Source: Ramazzottius varieornatus (Eukaryota; Animalia; Tardigrada). From it: DNA of 64,000 nucleotides. Shown here one piece after another: positions 13,380 through 25,311 of this stretch. Under the pieces are notes generated by a model. It did no database searches, was not told the DNA's origin, and saw only the letters and a list, made by a program, of their open reading frames with translations. Both the position numbers and the translations under genes were made by a program. Location: positions 124,001-188,000 of the forward strand of contig BDGG01000018.1 in assembly GCA_001949185.1 (NCBI GenBank), given 5' to 3'. Each line of letters opens with the position of its first letter. Position 1 is the stretch's first letter.

Positions 13380-15043
13380 AGTGGACAAGATCGACGTCGG
13401 CTTCACTTGCAGGAAAGAAGCCTAGCTCGTCTGCAGTCTTCCACTGTCTAAAGCAACGTATACTGCTTCTGCGCTGACGACTTCATTTGTATCGAAAAAG
13501 GACGAAAAGGACGAGATTGTCGGAAGCAGCCATGCAGCTTTGACTAGAGAGGTTCATGATTAATATATCACCACCAGGGAAAAAAGAAGGGTGCCATATC
13601 GCACAATTACTGGACGCCACAGGAAGGTGTCAGATTGTCTGTTGCGCATGGTCCGTGATGTCCTGCTTCCTCTTTCGGTGTTTGTTTGGTTAGGAGAGAA
13701 GGATGTCCTGGCACTGAGACGGAGGTCATGCACTGTGAGCTTCCCCCTTGCAGCTGCCATCTTTGATAACTCTTGTTGTTGAACTTCCCACCACCATCGT
13801 TCTCCGCTGCTGAAAGTGAAGAAAGCACTGGAAAGACTGTCGCTGATGTCAGACCCAAGTTTGTGACTTACGTGCGTAGGGACTGTCGGACTTTAAGTAG
13901 CGCCAACAGGAAGACAAGGCACAGTAGAGCCATGGTCAGCGCCACCGCAATAGCCATATCCGTGCTGCGCTTTCCTGTAGGCAAGCAAGCTCCGTTATGG
14001 GTCGTAGAGTATGGCCACTTTTGATAATTCAAAACGCCGCAATCTATAAAGGGGACAAATGATTGATCCACAAACAAAATATGCGGAAGAACCGAAAGGA
14101 CAGATGCTGTAAGCATGCTCCTCACAAAGAACTTCCGTAAGGTGCTGCCGAAAACAATGTACAGTATCACTACGAATAGATAATCTGTAGTACCAGTAGT
14201 ATGTAATATCGATAGATACCATGGAAGAGAAGGATCTTCTTACCCCGAGTCTCTTTGTCGATTTCGTTGAGTATGGAGTTGTAGTCAGTCTGCGGCGAGA
14301 ATCCATCGACCGCGATCAAGCTGACGTTCGACCTCAGTAAGAAGCTCAACGATCCCCGCATGATTTGCGCTATAGTATCGAACAGCGGGTTGCGATAGGC
14401 GTCGCAGACAATGGTTACAGTTGTCCAGATTGAAGTGCTGCAACAAGGCGGCAAACAACTTGGTGGAACTGACCATGGCTGGTTTGCCTGCGGCACCACA
14501 CTCGATCCTCGTAGGCCATTTGACCTTGTTTTCTATGTCAGCTGCCGGTGTCGAGCTACAATTATAGACATAATTCATCGTGCCAGTTCATGGAGCCTTC
14601 ATATACTGCCATTGCCACCTTATGACAAACTTTCGGAGGTTAGTCGCTAGAGTGGCCGAGCCATGGCCATCGCAATCTAAAATTAAAAGGCATAACAAGG
14701 GATCAGAAGAGTGACTTGTAGGCTTCAGTGAGCTACTTATGGCATTTAGCAGGACATTTGTGATACCTGCGACAGTGTTCAGGAAGAGGGTCAGATTGGC
14801 GCGGCGCCATCGCTCCTCATTGCGGTAATAGTATTGGGCCATGACGTCGTCGCTACTGTCCATCCAGTCGGCACATTCCAAGAAGCGAGCGTCTGTCAAA
14901 ATATTGTGGCTGACATTCAAGTTGGGGTATAGCCTTCGGATATCCGACATTGAACTCTCGTAGGCGGGTCCCACATAAAACAAGGCCCCCATGTCATAAA
15001 CATAGTACAGGCTTAGAGAAATGATTTCGATATGAAGCACCAT
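13380..15043 (-). pseudogene. Degenerate receptor guanylyl cyclase / ANF-receptor-type ectodomain gene with a TM segment
   Basis: GPAYESSMSDIRRLYPNLNVSH..C..MAQYYY, then LLQHF[frameshift]WTTVTIVCD, YNSILNEIDKETR|VIL, then hydrophobic TM MAIAVALTMALLCLVFLLALL. Contains stops and frameshifts. The 3' limit is approximate. Confidence 0.6.
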
Positions 15044-15989
15044 TGAGCTCGAACCCGAGCCCGGAAAAGCAGGCAGACCCCGAGCTCAGATTTCCACGCC
15101 GCTGCTTTACCGGGGTATCTACGTATACAGCAACATCATCAGTCCAGCTAAAACAAACACTTAACAAGTACCGAAAGGTGACTTTCTTGCGCAGGAAATG
15201 CTTGTGCGGCAGATTGTCCCTGACGTGCAGTCCAGGCATTGATGCATATAGCTACTGCAGTGAACTCCAGTTAAGGTTCTACTGGATACCAATAAATCCA
15301 TTGACGTTTAATTTCGGAGCTTCCGCGGACCGAGCGAATGGTCCTGCGAGCAGAAGAAACAGCACGAATACACCAGTGTATGATCAGAAGCGAGCTTACA
15401 GTAGAGTTTTACGTCGCTCTAATCAAGCAGAGTGCACAAGGTAGAAGAAATTTACATTATTCGTAAGTGCCTCGAAGAGGATAAAAACTACCTAGCAAAA
15501 TAACGGAAGAAGTGTGTTCCGTTTGGGCCGGACAGGTGCCCAGAGCGCACTTATCTCAACCGGCGCTTACGTGGCCGAGCGCATGCTGTACGCCGGTACC
15601 TAGCTTTGCTGGTGCACGAGCAAAGAGTTTGCATTTGCACATTATAGACGATAAAATTTCATTGCTGCTACGCAGCTCTTTTTAAGACTCAATTCAAACA
15701 AATTTACCTCCCACCCTCCTGGTAAGGTGGTATGAATGTAATTAATTTCTTGAAACATCAAAAAAGATTTCAGTCCTCTCTTACTCGACACGCTCTTTCG
15801 AATGAGCTATTCTTGTCCAGGGATGAGAATGTCTCTGAAGCGAGATATCGCACATCACGGACCAAAAATTCCAAATTCCCAGACCAAAAATTCCAAAATC
15901 ATCGAAAAGCATGGCCCCTAAGGTAACTTTTCGCGCCCATTCCAGTGCCAGTCCAAGCATCCGGACTCCGGTCACGTGACGACAACACA

Positions 15990-18800
15990 ATTAAGTCTGC
16001 TCGCAGAGGGCTTCTAGGGTAAGATTTTCTGACAAGTTTGCAACCGAGGTCACCAACAAACTTCTGCTCTTCGACCCTAGAATTTTAACAGAAAAGTGAT
16101 AATAGTCCAGCTGCCGCGTAGTGTGTTTGGGTTCCCAGACGTCCACCATAGCCCGTACTGTACGTTCCAGAGGCCAGACGCCGCCAGAGCACGGAGGCGG
16201 CGAGGCTGCCAGAGTGCGCTGCGGCAGGGACACAGAGGGCGTAGCCACTGTTTCGAGTCCGTTCAGAAAGGTATCCAATAGCCAACTCCACTGGAAAAGG
16301 TTTTGGGTTCTCCGGTTTTCCTATGGCACACAGAGACGCGAAGTCGAGAGTTAAAAGATGAGACAGGAGGCACCGGAAGCGCCTGTATCTTGTGCAATGT
16401 CTCCCAATAATGACCGACCTCCCCTATCCTTCCATTCAAAAATTCGTATGTTCCAATACAGTTATCCAATCTGAATTTGTTGAACAGGGTTATAAACAAG
16501 ATTTCTTCTATCCGGTTACGTGACTTACGAGGAACACGATCAGCAAAGCAACTGTCACGGTACATTCTGCCGGCGTCGAAAACTAGCCTTTTTTGGGGCC
16601 CGCGTAGATTGGCCCACGCGTCGACTAAGATGTTGTCTTCGTTGTTCAGAAATAGAACACATACAAGCTGGTCGCTCGCCTTAGGCTCGCTCGCAGCTTG
16701 CCGTGAGTGGGTACCGTGGATCCTGAATTTTGTTTTAAATAAAAATTGGTTGGTTGTTTCAGCTGGTAGGATAGGAGTGGTTATGTTTTGCAGGTCGAAG
16801 AAAACGAGATTAAGGTCCTTGCGTTTCGATTCTGAAAAACAGGGTTTATAAAACATTTACTGAAACCTTTGAGGTTGCAGAGCTCGTGGCGGTTTGAGAT
16901 AAGCCGTGGAATAAAGTACTGAAGTCGGCCATAATAGTTTGACTGGCAGTAATTAGCCCTCCAACTCAAAAAGAGCCGGCGCAGATGCGTTCCGATTGAC
17001 TGATTGTTCGGAGTGATCGCCCTTCGCTAGCCGGGCATCGGCTACGCTTCTCAGTGCGTTTTGCAAGCCAGAATATTCCTGAAGGCAAATCGGAGAAGTT
17101 CGTAATCGTCAGAGAGTTTCTTTCGGGATTCACGTGTTTCCTGAATTGCGAGGCGAACTATTAATTGTAAATCTTCAAGCATTTCTAAATACAATCGTTT
17201 GGCCGAACTTTTGTTTATTAAAACCGTCCGCGCAAAACGCAAGGTGTCTATTCTAGCATACAGTAGAAAGAAGGTTGTGTTATGCAAAATTGCTGATGCG
17301 CATGATGATGGAACGGTTCCGTAAGTATGGATTTTACAGGTTGACACTTATCGCACGACCGTACTCTTTGTGAGTACATTGCCTCATTTTTATTCGCATC
17401 CTAAATTTGACGTTTCGTCTCTCGGGCTGGGAATTTTTTGTTTGCTCGTAACTCGATCTTGCCTCCAAAGCGAAATTAGTAACCAGCGGTCAATGAAAAC
17501 CTATCACGGTAGAGCAAAGTTTTACGTTGACGGGTGGTTTTTCTGATATTCTGGATTTTATCTTTTTAGTGTAGACACGCACACGGCATTGGTCCAGAAA
17601 TAAAATGGAGCTGTGAGGACAGATTCATCTTTCGAACCCATGTCAGATTTGTTTATCACCAGGGCGCTCGGAAAAATCAAAATGGCGTGGGCCAAATGCC
17701 AATATTCGACAGTTCGAAATTTCGAAACATGCCTATTTGGTAGGACAGCCTCTTCCAAACGGCTTCGGTCAATTAAATACTGTGTACTCACAAAGCGAAC
17801 GATACGATTTTGCGAACCCGAAAAGCTTCGTGCTGTGAGCTTTTTCTACCATTCGCACCGCTGTAGAAAAATTTGATGTTTAACGGTGAATAACGGTCGA
17901 AATCTATATTTTGTTCTCACCGAAACAACTCCATCTTTCAGCAGCGATGTTGACAGAATACACCATCTCCCTTGCGCTGGTGTTCATTCAGCACTATTTT
18001 AGTTGAATTCATTACTTTTAGTCTAATCAAAGAATAAAGAAGTGGTGACAGGAGCCCACTGGTGGTGTTGCGAGTAATTGCGTTGGTGAGAGGATCCCTC
18101 TGCCAAGGTTTCTCCCCGCTTCTTGGCGTTTTCACTGTTTTTCACCCCGGCGAGAAAACCAGTATTTTACGGTGGAAAACAGTGAAATTTTGTTTTTCTT
18201 TCACCGCAGTAACTCTACTGCGTCGTAACCGCACCTTTTTTCTTTTGACGAGGAATTTTCGGAACAAACGCCTCCGCAAACCCCCTAACGGAACCGGCAG
18301 GCTGTGGTATAATGAAAATATCAGATGCCATTGTAACTGGAAAAACTTTTGTCATCCGAACTCGGCTTTTTTCCGGTTAAGTAATCGGTTATCCGGTCGA
18401 CGACTGTAGCCGGTACCATTGTTGCGCTGTGTTACGCAACGGATATGTTCGGATCTTGGCTCGTTGGATGCTTCCGAAAGCTTGCTCCGTCGAAGACTGG
18501 ACAGTAAAGAACTTGGGAAAGGGACAGAGCACACCGAAAATATTTCGGCAATTGATTTGAACGAATAGACTCTGATGATACTGTCAACGGTTGTGGATTT
18601 TACACAATGAATTGACATCGTCGACACTGAATCCACTCAGCATACGTCTATGAAAAAAGCCCAATCTTTGCTGTATCGAAAGGCCTGGTTTGGGAACATT
18701 TTCAAATAGATTTTGACCGAATGGCCTGCGTACTGGGGAATATAGATTCGTGTTAGTAGGCCAACAAGTGCAAAACGCAACAATTATGAGGGAACGCAAC
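15990..18800 (-). mobile_element. Decayed intronless coding remnant, possibly a CACTA/EnSpm-like transposase
   Basis: Chain of broken minus-strand ORFs in AT-richer DNA. Weak resemblance to CACTA transposase motifs (DLPEKSRV..SYNG; LSPLL; SRLEEAVLP...FRTVEYW; EYG..CKIH). Hairpin at 18131-18186. Confidence 0.25.
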
Positions 18801-20419
18801 AATGGCACCGGATTTTCTAATTGCTCGTTACCCTTGCAACGCGTACTTTACGTTGAATAACATGTAGAAGTTGCGCGAGTCAGTGGGCAGCAGAGCTCGA
18901 AAGGTGGTGCACAGGACTTGACATACCACCGTCTCTAAACCATGCGTGACAGGCTCACTAGTGAAAGCTCCACAATTGTGACGTACAACTGTACTCCGTC
19001 ATAATTGTTGCGCTATATTGATGGATTGATCCGCTATTGATTATATCATCAATCTTTATTGCAAGACAAATAATCTCTACTCAAAATATGAGGAAGCAGC
19101 GACACAAAACAAACAGGCGTTACATGGACCTACCTTTCTTAACATCTAAAACATAAAACACTTCGTCCAGACCTTTCGTATCTTTGATCCGCTATTCGAT
19201 AGACTAACATACATGCAGTACTACGAAGAATACGTTGTCACAAATGTGAAACAGAGCAAGGCTACAACTGAACGCGTGACGATCTTTCGAGACCAGGTGA
19301 CTACATCGCGACAGTTTTACCGGCTACAGACGGCTCCACCTCAAACCCATTTCCGGATGACTTGGTTAAAGTTTCGCCGGAGGATTTTGTCGATACCATG
19401 TAGTGCCAATCCTTTTTCCACTACAACCATTGAGATTGCGATTTCTGTAGAATATTCAGGTCGCGCAGTTGTCGACATACAGTAGTGTGCACCCGGTTAA
19501 GACTGTGCATTACGTGGCACCCATAACCAATCAAAACAGTGTGGCTGGCGGCACTGAGTGGAAAAAGATTGGCACTAGTACCATGCGGTGGACCTTTCCG
19601 AACTCGAAACCTGTTTCACCTTTGACCAGTGAGCTAAACTTGTGTCCAAGCTTCCACGATGGCCATCTGAGGGCTGTTTCTAAAAACTGGCCGGCCATGC
19701 AACCCCGGAAAAGTCATATCCACAGAATAGCTTTCGATCCTAGGCAACTGGTCAGAAGTATATTCAACAGCTCTCATATGCCAAAAAAATGCACCAGAAA
19801 AAACAGAAAAAAATCCTTACCAAATTTGTGTGCAAAATTTTGGGCGATTTGGATCAGTAGTTTATGGCCGAAAAGATCAACAAAAAAATGGACAAAAAAG
19901 TCGTAGTTATAGATTAGATCAGGAACACATATCAGTTTTGCCAATTCTTACGTTTGGCGGAAGATATGCGGTAAAATCAAAGCTAGAGATGTAATTACCA
20001 GTGAAGACGACTCTCGGGCCGCTGGATGCCGTTCATCGACGGAATCCCTGATTGCCACAATTTTTTTTGATGGTGGCCTGATATGTGTTCTACTTATAGA
20101 CCACAAAGACGTCACCATAGTTGACGCGTGGGCCAATCTACGCGAGCCCCAAAAAAGCTAGTTTTCGACGCTGGCGGAATGTACCGTGACAGTTGATTTG
20201 CTGATCATGTCCCTCGTAAGTCATGTGACCGGATAGAAGAAATCGTGTGCATTATAACACATTTCAAAACATTCACATTGGATGACCGTATCGGAAGATG
20301 CGAATTTTTTGAAGGGGGGTCGGTCATTATTGGGAGACAGCGTATCATCATTTTCACTCTAGAAAAAAGTGGAAGCGAACTGATGCGAAGGATTTGTCTC
20401 CTCACTTCGCGCCTTATGC

Positions 20420-20890
20420 CATTAACGTTTCCGTACAGGAATGTCAGCGTCTTCTCAGATCAAATTGTTCAGGGATCGACTAAAGTTTTGGGACCCCAAG
20501 GGCAAAGTTAAACGGCTGATGCAATCTAGTGTAACAGACATGGAGGAACACGATTCCAAAGTACATTTGTCCGTCTAACCAGTGGTCAGGTGACTACCTC
20601 AAAAAGTCTGCAGAGCTCGAAATTTTGAGTGAAAATGTTTTGACATCAGAGTGACGTCATATAGCGTGAGGATGAGCCTGTATCTGTTCGGACGCAAAAC
20701 CCCTCATGCGGGGGTGTCTCAGTTAGTAATCACCCCGAGAATTTCGGGAAAGTCTTCCCGGAAGGGCGAACAGTTTTCTAAGATTTCTATCCGTGGCATT
20801 GATGCTCCTTGATACTGCCTACAATTTCATTTCAAAAAAGGGTGGTTCGGAGCCAAAAAAGTTATGCCCAAAAATGGGCTGCCGAAACCC
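20420..20890 (+). repeat. Dispersed repeat, copy A (diverged copy at about 57480-57915)
   Basis: Collinear shared blocks: GTCT(A/G)ACCAGTGGTCAG, AAGGGCGAACAGTTTT, AAAAAGGGT..GG..CAAAAAAGTT. Confidence 0.75.
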
Positions 20891-21615
20891 AAATAATGGA
20901 GGTGGCTGGTTGGTTGGTTGCTAACCCTGATGCGTTCACAAAGTCGACGTAGTTCACGACGAAGTTAGTTGGAACGTGGTTGAATGACTCATCCCATACG
21001 TTTTCGACTTTTTGAACTGTTTTTGGGTTGTAACGACTAATCTAGGTCTGGGTTGAGAAAAATCGCCTTTATGAACGCTTGTTCATCGTGATGTTAACTA
21101 CTCGGTATTTCAAAGGACTGCTACAGCCAGGAGCTCGACCGATGGCTGAGCACCTCACCTACTGTTCCTGGAGAGCAAAGTAGCTTGGTGCAAAGGAGTG
21201 GCGTCCGATTCGAGGCCTTAAAGCGCGCAGCTGGTCAAACTGCATGCGGCCAGATGACCGTCATCCCGCTGGCCATGGTCCAGCTCTGAAGATCAGAAAG
21301 GCTAATATATTCATGTTGCTGACTCTCGATGACGATGATATCGCTACGGAGAAAAGCGGTAAAACTTGACAGTAAAAACAACCCTGCCAATCTTGTACGT
21401 AACTTACATGCCTACCGTTGTAAAAGTTCGTCAAGCGTTTCTTACCTTGTAGAAAACATGACTTCCATATTAACTCACATCTATCTCCAACACCATCAAA
21501 ACAGCCATAAAGAAGATAAAAACCGCTGCTTATCACTGTCCTCCAGTTCAAAAAGGCGATCGGTACTTCTTCTTTTCTTCTGTCGCGGACAACGTTTTCC
21601 TATACTGGTCGAAAA

Positions 21616-22869
21616 ATGAAGTCTTCTTCCAGATGGAGGTTTACACTACCAAATTTATTTAGAACAATTTTCCTGTTTGCTCTGGGCTTCTTATCCCTAG
21701 TCGAAAGCCAACTTCGCTTTTCCACAATCAGCCCGTCCTGGCAAAACCGAGCCGCCGTCGGATTCAACAACGACAGCAGTGTCGACCGCCAGATTGCCCA
21801 TTTTCCTTTTCCGCCGGCAACATGGTCGCCCTTCGCCACACCGGCCACTTCCTGGTCATGGGCAAACAACCCTCAACCCGGTTTCATGCTCCAGTCCAGC
21901 AACATCTCCTACAACAGCCTTCTGAACAGTAACCAGACCTACTACATTATCGAGCCCAGCACTTCGCCTTTGAAACGGGAACAGATCGCCGACCTGCGTA
22001 CTCGAGGGAAAATCGTGCTGGCTCGCTTGTCTATTGGCCAGGCAGACCGTTCGCTTCCATACTGGCAAGCGCAATGGGCTGACCGTCCACCAGAGTTCCT
22101 CGATCAAGAAGACCAAACTCGACCAGGTTACACCAAAATCCTCTCGACACGTTTCAATATGAAAAACATATGTTGGTAATGTAATTAACTTTATTCAAGA
22201 TAATATTCAGTTTCCAAAAAGAAGAAAGACAAATCTAAACAAGGAAAAACACGTCAAAAGCTTACGGTATAGATTCAAGTACACAAATTTGATTCAAGCT
22301 TTCAGCGTGCGGGCTGGCATATTAAAATTTGGGATGTGACTTTAGGCCACTTCCGGGTGATGTTTTGGCGACCGCAATGGCAACGCATGATCCTGCGCTA
22401 TATGCGCGAACGGGTGGCGCCGCTGGGCTTCTCGGGGCTGTTGCTAGATGGTGCTGACAGTTACCAGTACTTCACGGAGGACCATCCCCAGGGACGAGAC
22501 GACATGATCAACTTGATCCGAACCACCAGGGACCAAGCCAGCGCACTAGGCGGCAACCAAGTCATCATTGTCAACAACGCCGAAGACCTCTACAGCTCCT
22601 CGCAGTTCCGCAGCATGGTCGACGGACTGGCCACGGAAAGTACGTGGTTCGCCAACGACACCGACCTGTCGCTGAGCAATCCTCAGCAGGTGGAGAATGT
22701 TTTACGCTTGTTGAGACAGGCCAGGCGTGACGGCAAAGTCGTCTTGGCTGCCGACTATCCTTCGCGTTCTGACAACATTTGCACCTTTTACGACCGCTGT
22801 ACCGCTGAAGGATTTCTCTGCTTGGCTACCGACTACAACTTGACCGGAGCCATTCGTAAGTCGTTCTAG
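21616..22869 (+). CDS. Secreted glycoside hydrolase, GH114/TM1410(MJ1477)/PelA-hydrolase-like; 2 exons (intron 22127-22345)
   Basis: Signal peptide (IFLFALGFLSLVES). The core matches the family pattern: REQIADLRTRGKIVLARLSIGQA..YW, PG|HFRVMFWRPQWQ, GFSGLLLDGADSY, IIVNNAEDL, DGLATES, GKVVLAADY. Splicing restores the conserved PG-x-F/Y-x-V-x-F/Y-W motif. Confidence 0.85.
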
Positions 22870-25311
22870 TTCCATCATCGTAAACTCTGTCGTCACAAGA
22901 CAGTGTAAAAACAGTGATGCTTGTGCAGTCCACTCGCACAAAAGGCGCACAAAAGGCGCACAAAATTTGCCGAGTAATTTTCAAGACACACAAATCCTTC
23001 AGAGTTAACGATACTGCTCACCAAGGCCTTTACAGCCGAATACTTGCGACTTGATTGCTTGATTACATCAGTTAAAGCATCGTGTATCGTGTATATTCCG
23101 TAATTTTGGCATGTGGCTTTGCATGCTGTGCGATGAACGTTCGACAGACCTTAAATTAAAACAAAAGATTTTGTAAATATTTCGAGTGAGTGGACTGTAG
23201 TGCGATAATCGTGCTGCGACAGAGCTTCGAAATCACCTCGCTGTACCAATTAGTGCTTCTTATGTGTTTTAGAGTTTACAGTAAGGTGAAGAGCATCCCA
23301 CATAGTTAGGGTTCTTTTTCTTTCAGGAGTGTGTGATCGTCGTCCAAGCACGCCATGGAGTCAGTCCGGTCGCCCCCAGATGAATTACTCCATCATTCCA
23401 CGCTACAACGCTGGCTTCTCCCTACAGACGTCCATTGCTTCACTGTGCATGTCACTTTTTGCCATACTCGCTCTTACTAACTAGACTCTGTTTTTGTTCT
23501 CTGCAGTCAACTGTCGTACGCTGAAACTTTTACGCTCTAGCATAAACACGTGTAAATTTCCCATCATCCGCCCCAGCTGCAGCGGCGGGAGGACAGCAGA
23601 GGTCGCCGCAGTTACTGCTCATTGTAATTACCTGCCCATGTACATCCCACTTCCGTGTACATCGGAAGACGTCCACATTTACCAAAATTTGTCGCTCACA
23701 GGTACCATCTCCTCGTTTCGAACGATCAGCTGCAAAGGTTAGCATCGCTCTCTAGCGTCTATCATACACAAACCATCATTCATCTCTCTTAACCATGTGA
23801 AAATCGCTCGTGTGACGCATTCAAGAAGTGAGAATTATTCAACCCAAGAAGTGATTAGTGTATTAACGTTTGATTAAATGGTATTCCGCAGCACTCCTGC
23901 ATAATCGGGAAGGGATGGCTTTCAACAGGCTGTACGACCTTAGGATCTTGTGCAAAATGGGAGATCTTACAGTTGCCGCCTTAGCGCTCCTTAGAAAAGA
24001 CCTAATCGCACTGTATTGGAAAATGGGAGCAGAGGGTGAAATTGAAGTTGATTGCATGGTCTGCACCTTTAATTGATCATCTGTTTATCCCACAGGCCAC
24101 AGCCTCGGTGCCCAGCGTTAAAAACAACAAGACTCGCTCGGACAACCTAGTCGATCGCCCATCAGTTGTTCCATTATTGGAATGCGGGATCAAGCTTTTT
24201 GGTCCGGAATGAACATTCAAATCTGGCCAGAGTTGTGGAAAATGAAGGTTGCGAAGGGGCTGCGATGGCGTCGACCTCAGACACCAGGTAGGCGTTCAGC
24301 ACGAATGCTCTACGGGGCGCTGGAAGTAGGCAGGCATCACCGGCGGGCTTTCGTTGCCGCCCATTTCCCTGTCAAAGGCATATCGACGATAATCCATACA
24401 CTTGGCGCCGCAGGGACCATCCATAAGTCCCTGGCCGTCTGGGCGGCAATGCAACGACGACAGTTGGGAGCCTCGGCGGGACGGTGGCACATGCTGCTCC
24501 GCCTAACTGGCACTAATCAGCTGCCGCCCTTGAACTGCAGGCACTGCATGCCCTGTTGATGTCTTGACACGCTACCGACACACTTTCCATGGCCTTGATT
24601 AATCTTTCAGCATACTGCACATTCACTCTTTCACAAGCCCCCGTTCCGCCCAGCGCCTCACTGTGTCGACTAATCTTCCCCTTCTTACGCAGCAGATCAG
24701 CCGTACAACAGGCTCATAATTATGCCATCATTTGGCCACAAATAGCAGAGCGGATATGATTCGCCTGTTGACACTACTTGCTCTCATATCAGCCTCCACA
24801 TCCGCAAGCCAACATTTGCCCCATCCGGAATACGAAGGAGCTGAGCGGAAGGAAAGCGGCAGACGTTTTGCAGCTAGCAAAGAACCTTCTGGTCTTTCTT
24901 ATTGTGAAGCAGTATTTGAGAGTTGGAATATACGAGACTTCAATGCGATATAATGATAGTCTAGCTCGGTGCAAAATGTCATTATTGGCTGTGTCATCTT
25001 AGCTTCAACCTTCCTTCCTTCTCCCTGCCGTAATCATCGGCTCCTTGATTCCTTCCCTCCACTTGCACCAGTCTCGATCCTTCCCATGCCACCACCTCCA
25101 GGCACTTGCTCACCGTGCCACACATACACACTTTGCCCACTACATAAACCGCGGCACATATTCACCATCCACTTCTTCTTCTACAGTACTCTACCTAGCT
25201 CTCGTTGCGCCATCAACATACTCTTCTTACCTGTAGATCGCTGGAATTTCTGCCTAGAATGGTGGAGTGCACAGTTTGTCCGAGCATTCGTCCGTTATTT
25301 GTGTAGCCTGA

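Noticed and set aside
21616-22869. Bacterial contamination as the source of the GH114-like gene
   Set aside because: It contains a GT-AG intron that restores a conserved motif and is contiguous with eukaryotic genes and repeats.
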